DNA of 63,520 nt, the filler included, from Octopus bimaculoides (taxonomy: Eukaryota), in assembly GCF_001194135.2 (NCBI RefSeq). It is 4 parts of 4 records of this genome, joined end to end, with 100 filler letters (N's around TTAATTAATTAA, not from the genome) between each part and the next. Parts side by side here need not be neighbours in the genome. Positions count along the whole stretch, not along the records: positions 1 to 31,039 come from NC_068987.1; positions 31,140 to 59,696 come from NC_068981.1; 2 more parts are not named here. One strand, 5' to 3'. A program made the position numbers and the translations under genes. Positions 26,816 through 39,059 of this stretch are shown here, piece by piece. Position 1 is the stretch's first letter; each line of letters begins with the position of its first letter. The notes below the pieces were generated by a model. The model did no database searches. It had not been told where the DNA came from and saw only the letters and a list, made by a program, of their open reading frames with translations.

Positions 26816-26906
26816 TTTGAGAGAAGCTCATAGAAGAAGATTGTGGAGGGACCTTTCAATGTGGCCATATTGAGAGTGAAATATCTGTGTTGTATGACTT
26901 GGGTGT

Positions 26907-27222
26907 GTGGAGGCGCAATGGCCCAGTAGTTAGGGCAGCGGACTCGCAGTCGGAGGATCGCGGTTTCGATTCTCAGACAGGGCGTTGTGTGTGTTTATTT
27001 AGTGAAAACACCTAAAGATCCACGAGATTCCGGTGGGGGATGGGGGTGGCAACCTCTGTTGTCCTCTTTTGCCCCAACTTTCTCTCACTCTTTCTTCCTG
27101 TTTCTTGAGTAACGCTGCGATGGACTGGCGTCCCGTCCAGCTGGGGGAACACATACGCCATAGAAACCGGGAAACCGGGCCCATGAGCCTGGCTAGGCTT
27201 TAAAAGGGCACAGAGAAAAAGG
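26907..27222 (+). mobile_element. tRNA-derived SINE, family A with tail T2, full length
   Basis: Same head and body as 1906-2298, but a different 3' tail (GAGTAACGCTGCGATGGACTGG...GGCTTTAAAAGGGCAC); 13-bp TSD ATGACTTGGGTGT at 26894-26906 and 27223-27235. Confidence 0.9.
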
Positions 27223-27301
27223 ATGACTTGGGTGTAGAAATGTGCTAGATTCGGATTTTGAGTGGAATGAAGACATCTGAAATCTCACACACATAAAAGT
27301 C

Positions 27302-27338
<37 letters not shown>

Positions 27339-27506
27339 GGAGAGAGAGAGAGAGAGGGAGATAGATAGATAAATAGAGAGAGAGAGAGAGAGATAATGTA
27401 TGCATATATATGGCTGTGTGGATATGTATGTAATACATATAAAATGAAGGAATTGACGAATTAACCGTCACTGCATATGTGAAAAGGTCTTGAAAATTAA
27501 AAAATA

Positions 27507-27565
<59 letters not shown>

Positions 27566-27870
27566 TCACACAAACACGCCTAGACATACATACATGCACA
27601 TATACATGCATATACACACGCATATATAGATATACAATTAAACGTTTTAAATCAAAGCATCATTATATGAATATTAGACCAAGCACTTCATCACTTAGAA
27701 GAGAAAAACAATAATTATGGCACTTGAAAATAAGAATAAGTAGCTTGGAACCACTCTATAAAGCAGAAATATAGTGTACCGGCACGAAGCCAGAGTAATG
27801 AAACAATATAGTAGCGGAGTGGTGTGCATAAATATAAATTTAGTTTCCATAATATATGAGATTTCTTGCT

Positions 27871-28000
27871 AAGGTTAATGCTGTTTTTCTTTGTTAGCCA
27901 AGGGAGTTGTTGTTCATGGCATTGGGGATATTTATGTGGACACGGTCTGGATCCTTTGGGATAAACTGAATTAATGCCAGAACAAACTGTACGATTTTCA
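27871..28000 (+). pseudogene. Possible mariner catalytic-domain fragment
   Basis: With one indel reads KVMLFFFVSQG then VVH and INA, resembling 'KVMLTVFFDSQGVVH...TINA'. Short and degenerate. Confidence 0.35.
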
Positions 28001-28044
28001 AGCCAGAAATAACAGACGTAAACGAAATAAGCCGAAGTATGAAG

Positions 28045-28165
28045 CGACGATCTGGTAGAATCGTTAGCACGCCGGGCGAAATGTTTGTCGCTACGTTCTG
28101 AGTTCAAATTCCGCCGAGGTCGACATTGCCTTTCATTCTTTCGGATTCCATAAATTAAGTGCCAC
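28045..28165 (+). mobile_element. SINE family B, partial
   Basis: GTAGAATCGTTAGCACGCCGGGCGAAATG...GAGTTCAAATTCCGCCGAGGTCGAC. Confidence 0.8.
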
Positions 28166-28693
28166 AATCCGTTATTCCCGTATTTCTTTTCTTGTTTCTC
28201 TATTACTGAGTTGCGGCCATGCTGGGAAGGTTTCGGCTGCAGTATCGGCACAAGAACTTATTTTAAAGTTTCTTTTTTTATGAGTTACTATGTTACGAGG
28301 ACGTACAGGAAACGATATCGATTATCAGTCGATGGGAAGCTAACACAAATATAATGCACACTCAAAATGCATACATATACAGATACACACAGGCGGGCAC
28401 ACAAACATACCCACACACATAAACATACGCACATACATATGGATGCGACTGAGACTTTGAAATTCTCAGTTCCTGAGAACTCATGTAACGTTTTACTTTT
28501 TACCGAATAAAAATATGTGTGTGCGCGTGTATATGTATGTATGCGGAGTTCCTGAAGTAGATCCAACGGAAGTATACCGCAACTGCAGATGACAACAGGT
28601 AGCCTAAACTGTGCCGTTGCTCTACTCAATGTTTAAACACACTAATCGAATTATACTTATTTGTCGAAATTAATTTATGATGATTATTATATA

Positions 28694-28845
28694 TACGTGG
28701 TCTTATCAATAAGTATCCGGACTGTTGTCATAGTAACGAAGCTAAAGCACGCAGAGTAAAGCCACTCGGCACAGATTAACCTTGAACTCTACTGTGCATG
28801 CGCACTAAGGGTTAACATTCTAGCTCACCACCGTTGTCATATTAG
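28694..28845 (+). mobile_element. Second copy of the same mariner left end, truncated
   Basis: TA followed by CGTGGTCTTATCAATAAGTATCCGGACTG; ~140 bp similar to 7791-7925. Confidence 0.7.
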
Positions 28846-29326
28846 GAGACAATTGTCGGAGTTGCCGCGCAATGGAACCGAATCCGAATGCTAAGTGATT
28901 GCTAAGTGATTGCTAAGTGATTGCTAAGCGAATTTCTTAAACGCACAATCAAATTAATTTATACACGTACTGCTGTCTAGAAACTTAGATTTAATCTAAA
29001 GTGCATTATGTTTTTTGTACATATTTATACATGAATATTACTATGTATGTATGTATATATTTTTTTTTAAATACGCATTGAGTAATCAAATGGTTAAATA
29101 ATTAATATACTCACATTCATACGATACTAAAACTTCATTGGGATCACGTTACACGATTGCAACATATTATCGAGAGAAAGCATACATAATTTAATAACGT
29201 AATCCCCTCTTGTGTGTGATTCATCAGTTGAACTGTTCAGAACAATCCACAGGACGAATCATCAATTGAATAACATTTCTACAAAAATGATTTCGAGATT
29301 ACAAATGCCCGGTAATATTCCGCATA

Positions 29327-29710
29327 TAGGTGCAGGCGTGGCCGTGTGGTAAAAAATTTGCTTTTGAACAACGTTGTTTCAGGTTCAGTCCCACCGTGTG
29401 GCACTTTGGACAAGTTTCTTCTACTATCGCCTCGAGGCTGACCAAAGTCTTGTGAGAGGATTTGGTGGACGATAACAGAAGGGAGCTCGTCATAATATTA
29501 TCTCCCTATATATNNNNNNNNNNNNNNNNNNNNNNNNNNNNNNNNNNNNNNNNNNNNNNNNNNNNNNNNNNNNNNNNNNNNNNNNNNNNNNNNNNNNNNN
29601 NNNNNNNNNNNNNNNNNNNNNNNNNNNNNNNNNNNNNNNNNNNNNNNNNNNNNNNNNNNNNNNNNNNNNNNNNNNNNNNNNNNNNNNNNNNNNNNNNNNN
29701 NNNNNNNNNN

Positions 29711-29765
<55 letters not shown>

Positions 29766-29995
29766 TATGAGTGTGTATTTTGTCTGTCTGTGTTTGTCCC
29801 CAATACAGATTGACAACAGGGTTTTGGCGTGTTTACGCCCCCTTAACTTAGCGGTTTGGCAAAAACGTCCGATAGAATAACTACCAGGCTTAAAAAATAG
29901 TAAGGAGTATTTCGGTCGATTCCTTCGAGTAAAATTCCTCAAGGTGGCGCCCCAACATGACCGCAGAATAGTGGTTGAAATAAATAAAAGAAGAA
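29327..29995 (+). mobile_element. SINE family D spanning an N gap in its internal microsatellite
   Basis: Head and core at 29327-29490, (TA)n and gap, tail at 29770-29995. Confidence 0.8.
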
Positions 29996-30265
29996 AAGCA
30001 AGAAATATCTTCAATCTTTTATATAATTCTTATCTAACTGAACTCGCTCTTAGTAGTAACAACAACGGGTTGCCCTTTAAAGGGGGAGACTTGTAGTGGC
30101 CATGAAAGTTTATCGCTGAATCTCTTACATCGGTGTACCTTTCTCTGTACAAAGCTTCAGTTTTCATACACAACACAACATTTTCACATAAGAATCCAGT
30201 GTTATTGGCAATCAGTATTATAGATCTTACATGATTCTATGTCATAGATCTTACATGATTCTGAG

Positions 30266-30606
30266 AAGGCACGCAGCTTAGAGGTTTGTGATTAGGATAC
30301 TCTGCTCACGACCTACCGGTCGTGATTTTCCTTCCCTACGGCGCGTTGTGTCTTTGAGCAAGGTACTTTATTCCACCTCGCTCCACTCCACTCACTAGGT
30401 AAAAAGTATAGTATCGTATCTGTAGTCCAAAGAACCAACCTTGACACATTGTGTCACGCCGAATCTCCTTGAGAACTACGTTAAAGGTACGAGGGTACGG
30501 CGTGTCTGTGGAATGCTCAGCAACTTGCTTATTAATTTTCGCGAGTAGGCTATTCTGTTTTATCGGATCAACTGGAAGTCGAGTAGTCGTAACCGATGGA
30601 GTACCA
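30266..30606 (+). mobile_element. SINE family C, diverged copy
   Basis: GTTGTGTCTTTGAGCAAGGTACTTT core plus T1 tail (GAGAACTACGTTAA...TCGTAACCGATGGAGTACCA). Confidence 0.7.
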
Positions 30607-30880
30607 GTTGATACGATTCTGTAATAATTTTTATATATAATTTTAAAACTATATCTCCGCATTACATTTTAGCATCTTTCTCAAAGGCATTGTGTAAGCA
30701 CAAATTCAATACGTACAGATAGACTCATGCTATCTGGATACGCACATCTTCAAATACATATTATATGCAAACACACACACACACGCACGCTCGCGCGCAC
30801 ATACACACAATCACACACATATATATTTACATATCCAGATATAAATACATATACACACGCACATATAAACACTATACACA

Positions 30881-30925
<45 letters not shown>

Positions 30926-30992
30926 CGCACACACATATATATATATGTATATACATATATGTACATGTATATAGATATATACATATGCGTAC

Positions 30993-31039
<47 letters not shown>

Positions 31040-31139
31040 NNNNNNNNNNNNNNNNNNNNNNNNNNNNNNNNNNNNNNNNNNNNTTAATTAATTAANNNNN
31101 NNNNNNNNNNNNNNNNNNNNNNNNNNNNNNNNNNNNNNN
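31040..31139. other. Artificial 100-bp assembly spacer N44-TTAATTAATTAA-N44 (also 59697-59796 and 61712-61811)
   Basis: Identical layout three times; the palindromic 12-mer puts TAA in all six frames. Confidence 0.9.
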
Positions 31140-31221
<82 letters not shown>

Positions 31222-31713
31222 ATCTATATATCGATATATCTATATCTATATCTATGTGTATATATACTTTTTCTGCCTGTTTCAGTCATTTGAGTACGGC
31301 CATGCTTGGGTGCCACCTTGAAGGGTTTTGAGCGAATAAATCAAATCCTAGTACTCATTTCATCGGTGTCTTTTGCCGAATCGCTAAGAAGCAAAATTCT
31401 TACCACAGAGCCATGCCTGCAATATGTATGTATGCTTGCATGTATGTATGTATGTATGTATGTATGTATGTATGTATGTATGTATGCATGTATGTATGTA
31501 TGTATGCATGCATGTATGTATGTATATACACATATCTGAAATTATATATGTGTATCTATATTTCTCTATACGCCACCATCTCTCTCTCTGTCTCTGTGTG
31601 TATATATGATTATATATATATATACGTATATATATAAATCAGTATATACAACATGTGTATATACATATATATATGTTCACTTGTATATATATGAATTTTG
31701 CATAGAAACAGAA

Positions 31714-31791
<78 letters not shown>

Positions 31792-31879
31792 TATACATAT
31801 GCCTATATATATATATATTCACGCATGGATATTACACATATATTGTAGAAATATACATTTATAATATCTGTATGTATGT

Positions 31880-32022
31880 AGGTACAGGCGTGGCCGTGTG
31901 GTAAAAAGCTTGCTTCCAAACCATAAGGTTCCGGGTTCAGTCCCACTGCATGGTATCTTGGGCAATTGTCTCCTACTATAACCTTGTGAGTAGTTTTCGT
32001 TGATGGAACTGAAAGAAGCCCA

Positions 32023-32025
<3 letters not shown>
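31880..32025 (+). mobile_element. SINE family D 5' half (a separate D tail lies on - at ~31270-31388)
   Basis: GGCGTGGCCGTGTGGTAAAAAGCTTGCTTCC...GGTTCCGGGTTCAGTCCCACTGC. Confidence 0.8.
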
Positions 32026-32071
<46 letters not shown>

Positions 32072-32506
32072 NNNNNNNNNNNNNNNNNNNNNNNNNNNNN
32101 NNNNNNNNNNNNNNNNNNNNNNNNNNNNNNNNNNNNNNNNNNNNNNNNNNNNNNNNNNNNNNNNNNNNNNNNNNNNNNNNNNNNNNNNNNNNNNNNNNNN
32201 NNNNNNNNNNNNNNNNNNNNNNNNNNNNNNNNNNNNNNNNNNNNNNNNNNNNNNNNNNNNNNNNNNNNNNNNNNNNNNNNNNNNNNNNNNNNNNNNNNNN
32301 NNNNNNNNNNNNNNNNNNNNNNNNNNNNNNNNNNNNNNNNNNNNNNNNNNNNNNNNNNNNNNNNNNNNNNNNNNNNNNNNNNNNNNNNNNNNNNNNNNNN
32401 NNNNNNNNNNNNNNNNNNNNNNNNNNNNNNNNNNNNNNNNNNNNNNNNNNNNNNNNNNNNNNNNNNNNNNNNNNNNNNNNNNNNNNNNNNNNNNNNNNNN
32501 NNNNNN

Positions 32507-32565
<59 letters not shown>

Positions 32566-34602
32566 AAATACATATATAGATATACATAAACACATACAGA
32601 CGTACATAAATACACACATACACACGTATATATTGCACTCATTTAAAGAAATATACATTTATTATATTATATGGATATAAGTATTTATCTGTGTTTGTGC
32701 TACATAACAGCTGTATTTCGAAAAAACTACAGGATATATACATTTTATGAATACATCGCCATATAAATTTGAGCTTTCCAGCTGTTTGATGAACGAAACT
32801 TACCTATACTTTGAATTATATATATATACAGTCGTTGACTGAATATTCCTAAGATATATTTAACCATTAGGTAAACATCAATTGGAATGTATGTGACAGA
32901 CACACTGTATGACAAAAATGGCGTTTCTTTTTTGAAATTATAGTTACTGTCACTAAGGCGGCCCCGTAGTGATCCTGTTCCTTTAGAGGTTTTGGGTTGA
33001 GACCAGAGTATGGGACGACTTGAGTTCGTTGTAAATCATCTCATGACTGTCAAGCAAACCTTACTCATATGCCGCTTTACTTGCACACATGCCCACACAT
33101 AGACATACAGGTAAAAATACATACATACGTACGTACACACATATATACATGCATAAATATATACGTACATGCATACATTCATACATACATACATATATAC
33201 ACACATTCATACACATATATGTATATGCGTGTGTGTGTGTGTGTGCGTGCGTGTATGTATATATATATGTATATATATATATATAAAGAGAGAGAGAGAG
33301 AGTGAGAGAGAGAGAGAGTGAGAGAGAGAGAGAGTGAGAGAGAGAGAGAGCGAGAGAGAGACCAAATTATACGTACGCCGCTATATATTTTTTTTATATA
33401 TAAAAAATACAAAAATGGTACAAGAACGCAAAACATCCAGACAATCAGGTGATATAAAAAAAGGGACAACAAAACATCCAGACAGACGATAGAAAGAAAA
33501 CAAAGACTGTATCCATTATTCATTTTTGCAACAAGNNNNNNNNNNNNNNNNNNNNNNNNNNNNNNNNNNNNNNNNNNNNNNNNNNNNNNNNNNNNNNNNN
33601 NNNNNNNNNNNNNNNNNNNNNNNNNNNNNNNNNNNNNNNNNNNNNNNNNNNNNNNNNNNNNNNNNNNNNNNNNNNNNNNNNNNNNNNNNNNNNNNNNNNN
33701 NNNNNNNNNNNNNNNNNNNNNNNNNNNNNNNNNNNNNNNNNNNNNNNNNNNNNNNNNNNNNNNNNNNNNNNNNNNNNNNNNNNNNNNNNNNNNNNNNNNN
33801 NNNNNNNNNNNNNNNNNNNNNNNNNNNNNNNNNNNNNNNNNNNNNNNNNNNNNNNNNNNNNNNNNNNNNNNNNNNNNNNNNNNNNNNNNNNNNNNNNNNN
33901 NNNNNNNNNNNNNNNNNNNNNNNNNNNNNNNNNNNNNNNNNNNNNNNNNNNNNNNNNNNNNNNNNNNNNNNNNNNNNNNNNNNNNNNNNNNNNNNNNNNN
34001 NNNNNNNNNNNNNNNNNNNNNNNNNNNNNNNNNNNNNNNNNNNNNNNNNNNNNNNNNNNNNNNNNNNNNNNNNNNNNNNNNNNNNNNNNNNNNNNNNNNN
34101 NNNNNNNNNNNNNNNNNNNNNNNNNNNNNNNNNNNNNNNNNNNNNNNNNNNNATATATATATATATATATATATATAAACAATATATGAGTATATGCATA
34201 TATATGTACATGTATGTACATACCTTCATCTACATGTACATATAGATACATAACTGGGTACATGACGTGGCAAAAGAATATGGACAAAATGATAAACAAG
34301 GTACAACAAACAAGCAGGCCACATAGAAACATCTCCTTCATCAGCTGCCACCAAATTAACACCGGATGTATGTATGTATGTATGTATGTATGTATGTATG
34401 TACGTATGTAGTTAATTCAGATTCGGGATAAAACCTGGTTGTATGTTATGCAAAGCTTGTCCAAATTATTGGTTACCTGATGTCATCATACAGTGAAAAT
34501 GTTCTTGCTATTGGACATACACCAGGAATTCCATAGTATCCGTTGAATTTATATAAGTAGACAAATGATAGAAAATAGAATGAACAATATTCTTTATTTT
34601 AA

Positions 34603-34711
34603 AATCATGACAATTGTTTCGGCACATTTTTTACACTCGTAGAGCATTCGTAAGATTTTGTGTAGTCATTATGACACATCTAAGGTCTAAAATTAGCCTC
34701 CTCAGGTGATT
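34603..34711 (-). ncRNA. Minimal type-I hammerhead ribozyme motif with large loop II (Penelope-like terminal remnant)
   Basis: AATCAC-CTGAGGA-GGC-[72 nt]-GCC-GAAA-CAATTG-TC|ATGATT, followed by AATAAA. Confidence 0.6.
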
Positions 34712-35433
34712 GTTTAAATAAATAAGTCGTTCGTAAGATCCTACTGTCACTTCACTCTGTGTGAGAATGGATACGTAAAGCAGTGTGTTATTTTTAGCAG
34801 TTTACAGACAAAGCGAAAACCATAAATACAGTGATAGACAAAATACAATTATAATCAAAATATAAAATACAGACTTAAAGAAATAGATAAAAAAATGTGG
34901 GTGTTAAGTCAACTACAAATTACAATTCTATCTTCATGGTCAAATTATAAGAAAGAAAGTGCGAAAGAGAATAAAGAATAAAATTAAGCTTTTATTTCTG
35001 TATCATTGTTACATCTACTTACAAATCTGTTTTAAGACATCGAAAGTTAACTGTGGAAAAGTACCTATTAATATTAACTGCGGATTGGCAAAATCATTTG
35101 TTACAGTTATTTTTCCATGTTTTCAGTAGTTTCTTCTGATCTCACCGAAGTTATTTCTGTTTTAATCGCTTTGGTCTCGATTACTATCGGACGAGTCAAA
35201 TTCTGTAACCGTTTCCTCATCTCTGACGGAATCAGCTTCGTTAGACGGGCCTAGAAAGGAGCATTCACAAACACAGCCCCTTCAGTCCTTTCGCCATCAC
35301 TCTCTAGCTTCTCTCACAGAGAAACTTAATAATATAAGCAACATCGCGAACATCACAGCTCATTTAAATTACAGCCCATTGTTCCGAACCCATCAACCAA
35401 CTCTTCGTTGGCTTGCTCTATTACTGTTGTTGT

Positions 35434-35653
35434 AAGGCAGCGTGCTTATAGAATCGTTGGCACGCCGTGGAAAAATGCTTAGCTTAGCAGCATTACCTCC
35501 GTCCGTACGTTCCGAGTTCAAGTTCCGCCGAGGTCGACTTTACCTTTCATACTTTCAGGTCGGTGAAATAAGTACCAGTTGAGCACTGGAGTCGATATAA
35601 TCGACAGGCTCTTATCCGGCTAAATTTCAGGTCTTGTGCCTATGATAGAAAGG
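35434..35653 (+). mobile_element. SINE family B
   Basis: Head, B-box-like GAGTTCAAGTTCC, core and TTTCAGGTCTTGTGCC...AGAAAGG tail. Confidence 0.82.
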
Positions 35654-36875
35654 ATTATTACTACTGTTGTTATTGTCAGGTCTGACTGAGAAGACATAGG
35701 TTCAAAGACGTTCTAGGCACAGATACCCCTGCTTCGTTCTTTTTTTTTCTCAGACACACTGTATCTAAGATTACGTTAACTAACGTGTATACGTACGGTG
35801 ATTTTAAGACTGTCGAGTGTAAATACGATTTGAAAGGTTTCTTCTTCTACGAAAAGAGGTTGGTAGCATCTCAAATGACTTGTTACCTTATCAGGAGAAA
35901 AGGAAGCTGTAGGTTGATCCCTACAGTTCTTTTCAGAACACAATGTTGTCGATTTCGGCAAGCTTGGAAAAGAATCGACTGTAATACTTTGACTGATAAT
36001 TTATTTATCGATCAGAACACTGGAAAGCTAATTTGAGCCTGGTGTAATTTGTATTTAGGTTGTAATGATGTGAAGCATATACCAAAGGCCTTCTACCCGA
36101 CGCTGTAACGAATCCGCCAATTTGCTGCCTGGATAAGAACTGGAACATAAATGTTATCAGTGCGTGAATTCTTACACACTTTTAGTGTGTCCACTTTAAT
36201 TAACAGGTACAATTAGCGAGCGTAAATTTCTGCACATTCATTCCTGCGCCTAGAGACATCTGCGAACTCTCTAATACGCCATTGCTCCACCCTTGGATAG
36301 TATTCTTCAATGAATCTGATACTTAAAAAAGAATTTTCTTTTTCGGAGTACGTATGTGATTCGGAGCATATTAAATTGCTATTTCTTGCAAATCGAGCGA
36401 CAACTAAGAAGCTACTTCGTTGCTTGCTTGTTTGCGCGCGTGTGTAAACTCTTTAAACTTCCTGCACTCCGTTGGAGGTGTCAGCTATGTCAAAACAAAT
36501 TTCAGCTTTCGACGCGTTTTCGCCGAGATGAAACAACTATTCCTGTGAATGTTGTGACTACCAAACATCGCTTTTGAATCGACTGAGAAACACTGCCCTC
36601 GAGCGTCGTTGCACCGAACACTGCAAATGTATGAATGTGTCTGCTTGTATGCAGGTAAGGGAACTTGTACATACATACATAGATACACACACACACACAA
36701 ATATATATATATNNNNNNNNNNNNNNNNNNNNNNNNNNNNNNNNNNNNNNNNNNNNNNNNNNNNNNNNNNNNNNNNNNNNNNNNNNNNNNNNNNNNNNNN
36801 NNNNNNNNNNNNNNNNNNNNNNNNNNNNNNNNNNNNNNNNNNNNNNNNNNNNNNNNNNNNNNNNNNNNNNNNNNN

Positions 36876-36907
<32 letters not shown>

Positions 36908-36997
36908 TATGTGCAGGTTAGTGAACCTCTATGTATGTACGCACGTATTGCTGTGTTTGCACATACATACATACACGCACATGTGTTAGTGGGTAAA

Positions 36998-37028
<31 letters not shown>

Positions 37029-37545
37029 TGCGTGTGTATGTTTCTGTGCATGTTGTGCACCGAAGGTAGGGGCATGGGATGTAGCAGGATAAGAGAGGTA
37101 AGTTGCAACAAGTTAGTGCACCAGGTTGACCTATTATTGCAGTCTTAGCCGATTCCGTTGCAGAAGCAAAACTTTTGTTTTTTTCTTTTCTTCATACACA
37201 AAACATATTCAAAACGCATAAATATATGCTCACAGACACAAACACGCGCACACGTACATACATATGCATACACAGATGCATTCAGTGCTATATATATAAT
37301 TATATATATATATAATACACGGTATATATACTAATCCAAATACTATATTTTTCATGTCACTTTAAATTACAATAATTATAATCTATTTATGTATAACGTT
37401 TGGAAATGTGTACTGGTCGAGTTTACTTTCCAGTCCATACCAAATTTTCTCTCTAAGTGGAACTTGAAGAAGTTAATGAGGGATTGTCTGCAGAAGAAAG
37501 TGTTAGTTTTCAGCATTTGTAATCTCGTCTAACACATAATCTCTT

Positions 37546-37771
37546 GTTGGCTGAGCACTCCACAGACACGTGTACCCTTAACGTAATTCTCGGGGATATT
37601 CAGCGTGACAAGGCTGACCCTTTGAATTACAGGCACAACAGAAACAGGAAGTAAGAGAAAGTTGTGGTGGAAGAGTACAGCAGGGTTCACCACCATCCCC
37701 TGCCGGAGCCTCGTGGAGCTTTAGGTGTTTTCGCTCAATAAACACTCACAACGCCCGGTCTGGGAATCGAA
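37546..37771 (-). mobile_element. SINE family A with tail T1, 5'-truncated at the B-box and shortened in the tail
   Basis: Matches the 1906-2298 body and T1 on the - strand; 12-bp TSD ACATAATCTCTT at 37534-37545 and 37772-37783. Confidence 0.88.
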
Positions 37772-37799
37772 ACATAATCTCTTACACAATGCCTATTAG

Positions 37800-38200
37800 A
37801 CAGTAAAACTGCTGGCATCCTGGTCAAAGGAAGGCGGCGGAATAATCTACTCACCGAACTCGAATGATAGCCGGATCCGATTTATACGCGATACGACAAC
37901 AGCTGTTTATTATAACTCCACAAAACGGTAATGCTAGGACACTGAACGAGTACGCGCTGAACTGTTTTGAGAAGCGCGCACGTCAGAGAGTTAAGGCTAT
38001 CGTCGTTGTTGTGGTAGTAAAGTTTCTTCCGAACAAACTTTGTTTTCCAGTATCGACGCCAGGACAAAGATGTCTGGAAACTTTCCAAAATTACCCGGCT
38101 GAAAGTCTTCCAGATTTGGCTGTTCAAATGATATTTTGGTCGGGTGTTGCTCTGGCCCACCGGTCAACCAAAGTCTGGCATACCACTGTCCACGTTTCTC
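37800..38200 (-). pseudogene. Possible Ty3/Gypsy gag remnant
   Basis: Near-continuous frame ...TRPKYHL...RYWKTKFVRKKL...SLNSLTCALL...CPS...SRLFRRLP..., loosely echoing the Gypsy gag pattern 'TKF.YVV..L...Y..LK..L...PS.LL...LFLQRLP'. By-eye similarity only. Confidence 0.3.
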
Positions 38201-38464
38201 GATAGGTAGAAGAAAGCGAATGACTGACATTGTGCCAAAAGTGCGGTTACCATAGCCTGGTCAGTATTATTGCTAGAAACAGACTGAGGTCATGTTTGAA
38301 GTGAGGAGGGGCGTTTTATGAAGTGTTAGTCATTTTTTGAGAAATGTCTTTTGGATATGACTTCTTTGAAATAAAACCTCAAATTTATAAATCTGTCAGT
38401 GAGTGGTTGGTGAATGCTGCATTCATTAGTAAACAGAAATACATACATGCATACATGCATACAC

Positions 38465-38697
38465 AGGTGCACGCGTGGCTGCGTGGTAAGATGCTTGCTT
38501 CCCAACCACATGGTTCCGGGTTCAGTTCCAATGCGTGGCACCTTGGGCAAGTTTTTTTTTACTATAGCTTCGGGCCGACCAAAGCTTTATGAGTGAATTT
38601 GGTAGACGGAAACTGAAAGAAGCCTGCCATATATACGTATGTACTTATGTGTGTGTGTCTTTATGTCCGTGTTTGTCACCCTTTATCGCTTCATAAC
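38465..38697 (+). mobile_element. SINE family D
   Basis: Head, core and GGCCGACCAAAGC...GGTAGACGGAAACTGAAAGAAGCC. Confidence 0.85.
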
Positions 38698-38791
38698 TTG
38701 AAAATACCCTCTTTCCAGAATTGAGGTGGTTTCATGGTAAATAAATCGAAAGATAAGCTACTATAAATCGGCATGAACTTTCCGGACAACA

Positions 38792-38945
38792 CATCATCAT
38801 CATCATCATCGTTTAACGTCCGCTTTCCATGCTAGCATGGGTTGGACGATTTGACTGAGGACTGGTGAAACCGGATGGCAACACCAGGCTCCAATCTAAA
38901 TTTGGCAGAGTTTCTACAGCTGGATGCCCTTCCTAACTCCAACCA
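38792..38945 (-). mobile_element. 3' end of a SINE/LINE with a (GAT)n tail
   Basis: On -: GGAAGGGCATCCAGCTGTAGAAAC...CCCATGCTAGCATGGAAAGCGGACGTTAAAC followed by (GAT)n. Confidence 0.65.
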
Positions 38946-39059
38946 ATCATTTATTTATTTTGTTCAAAACGGTTTGATTCATCCGTATCCAACTTAAAGT
39001 TTCGTAGGCTCGTCACAGTTATATAGCCCAGCGGTTGAATGGGAGAGATGTAGGATGTA

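Noticed and set aside
34300-34350. CTGATGA followed by AGG...CCT on the - strand
   Set aside because: Helix II could form, but GCTTG follows instead of GAAA and there is no helix III or cleavage triplet; at most a decayed Penelope-like remnant.
35023-35300. Acidic - strand stretch (PSNEADSVRDEETVTEFDSSDS) upstream of a GTAAGT donor
   Set aside because: All three frames hit stops before the donor and there is no clear acceptor.
36507-36660. CAG|GTAAGG donor with complex upstream sequence
   Set aside because: From the nearest plausible acceptor all three frames contain stops.
38855-38875. CTGAGGA-CTGGT-GAAAC
   Set aside because: No helix II pairing, and it lies in a retroelement tail on the opposite strand.
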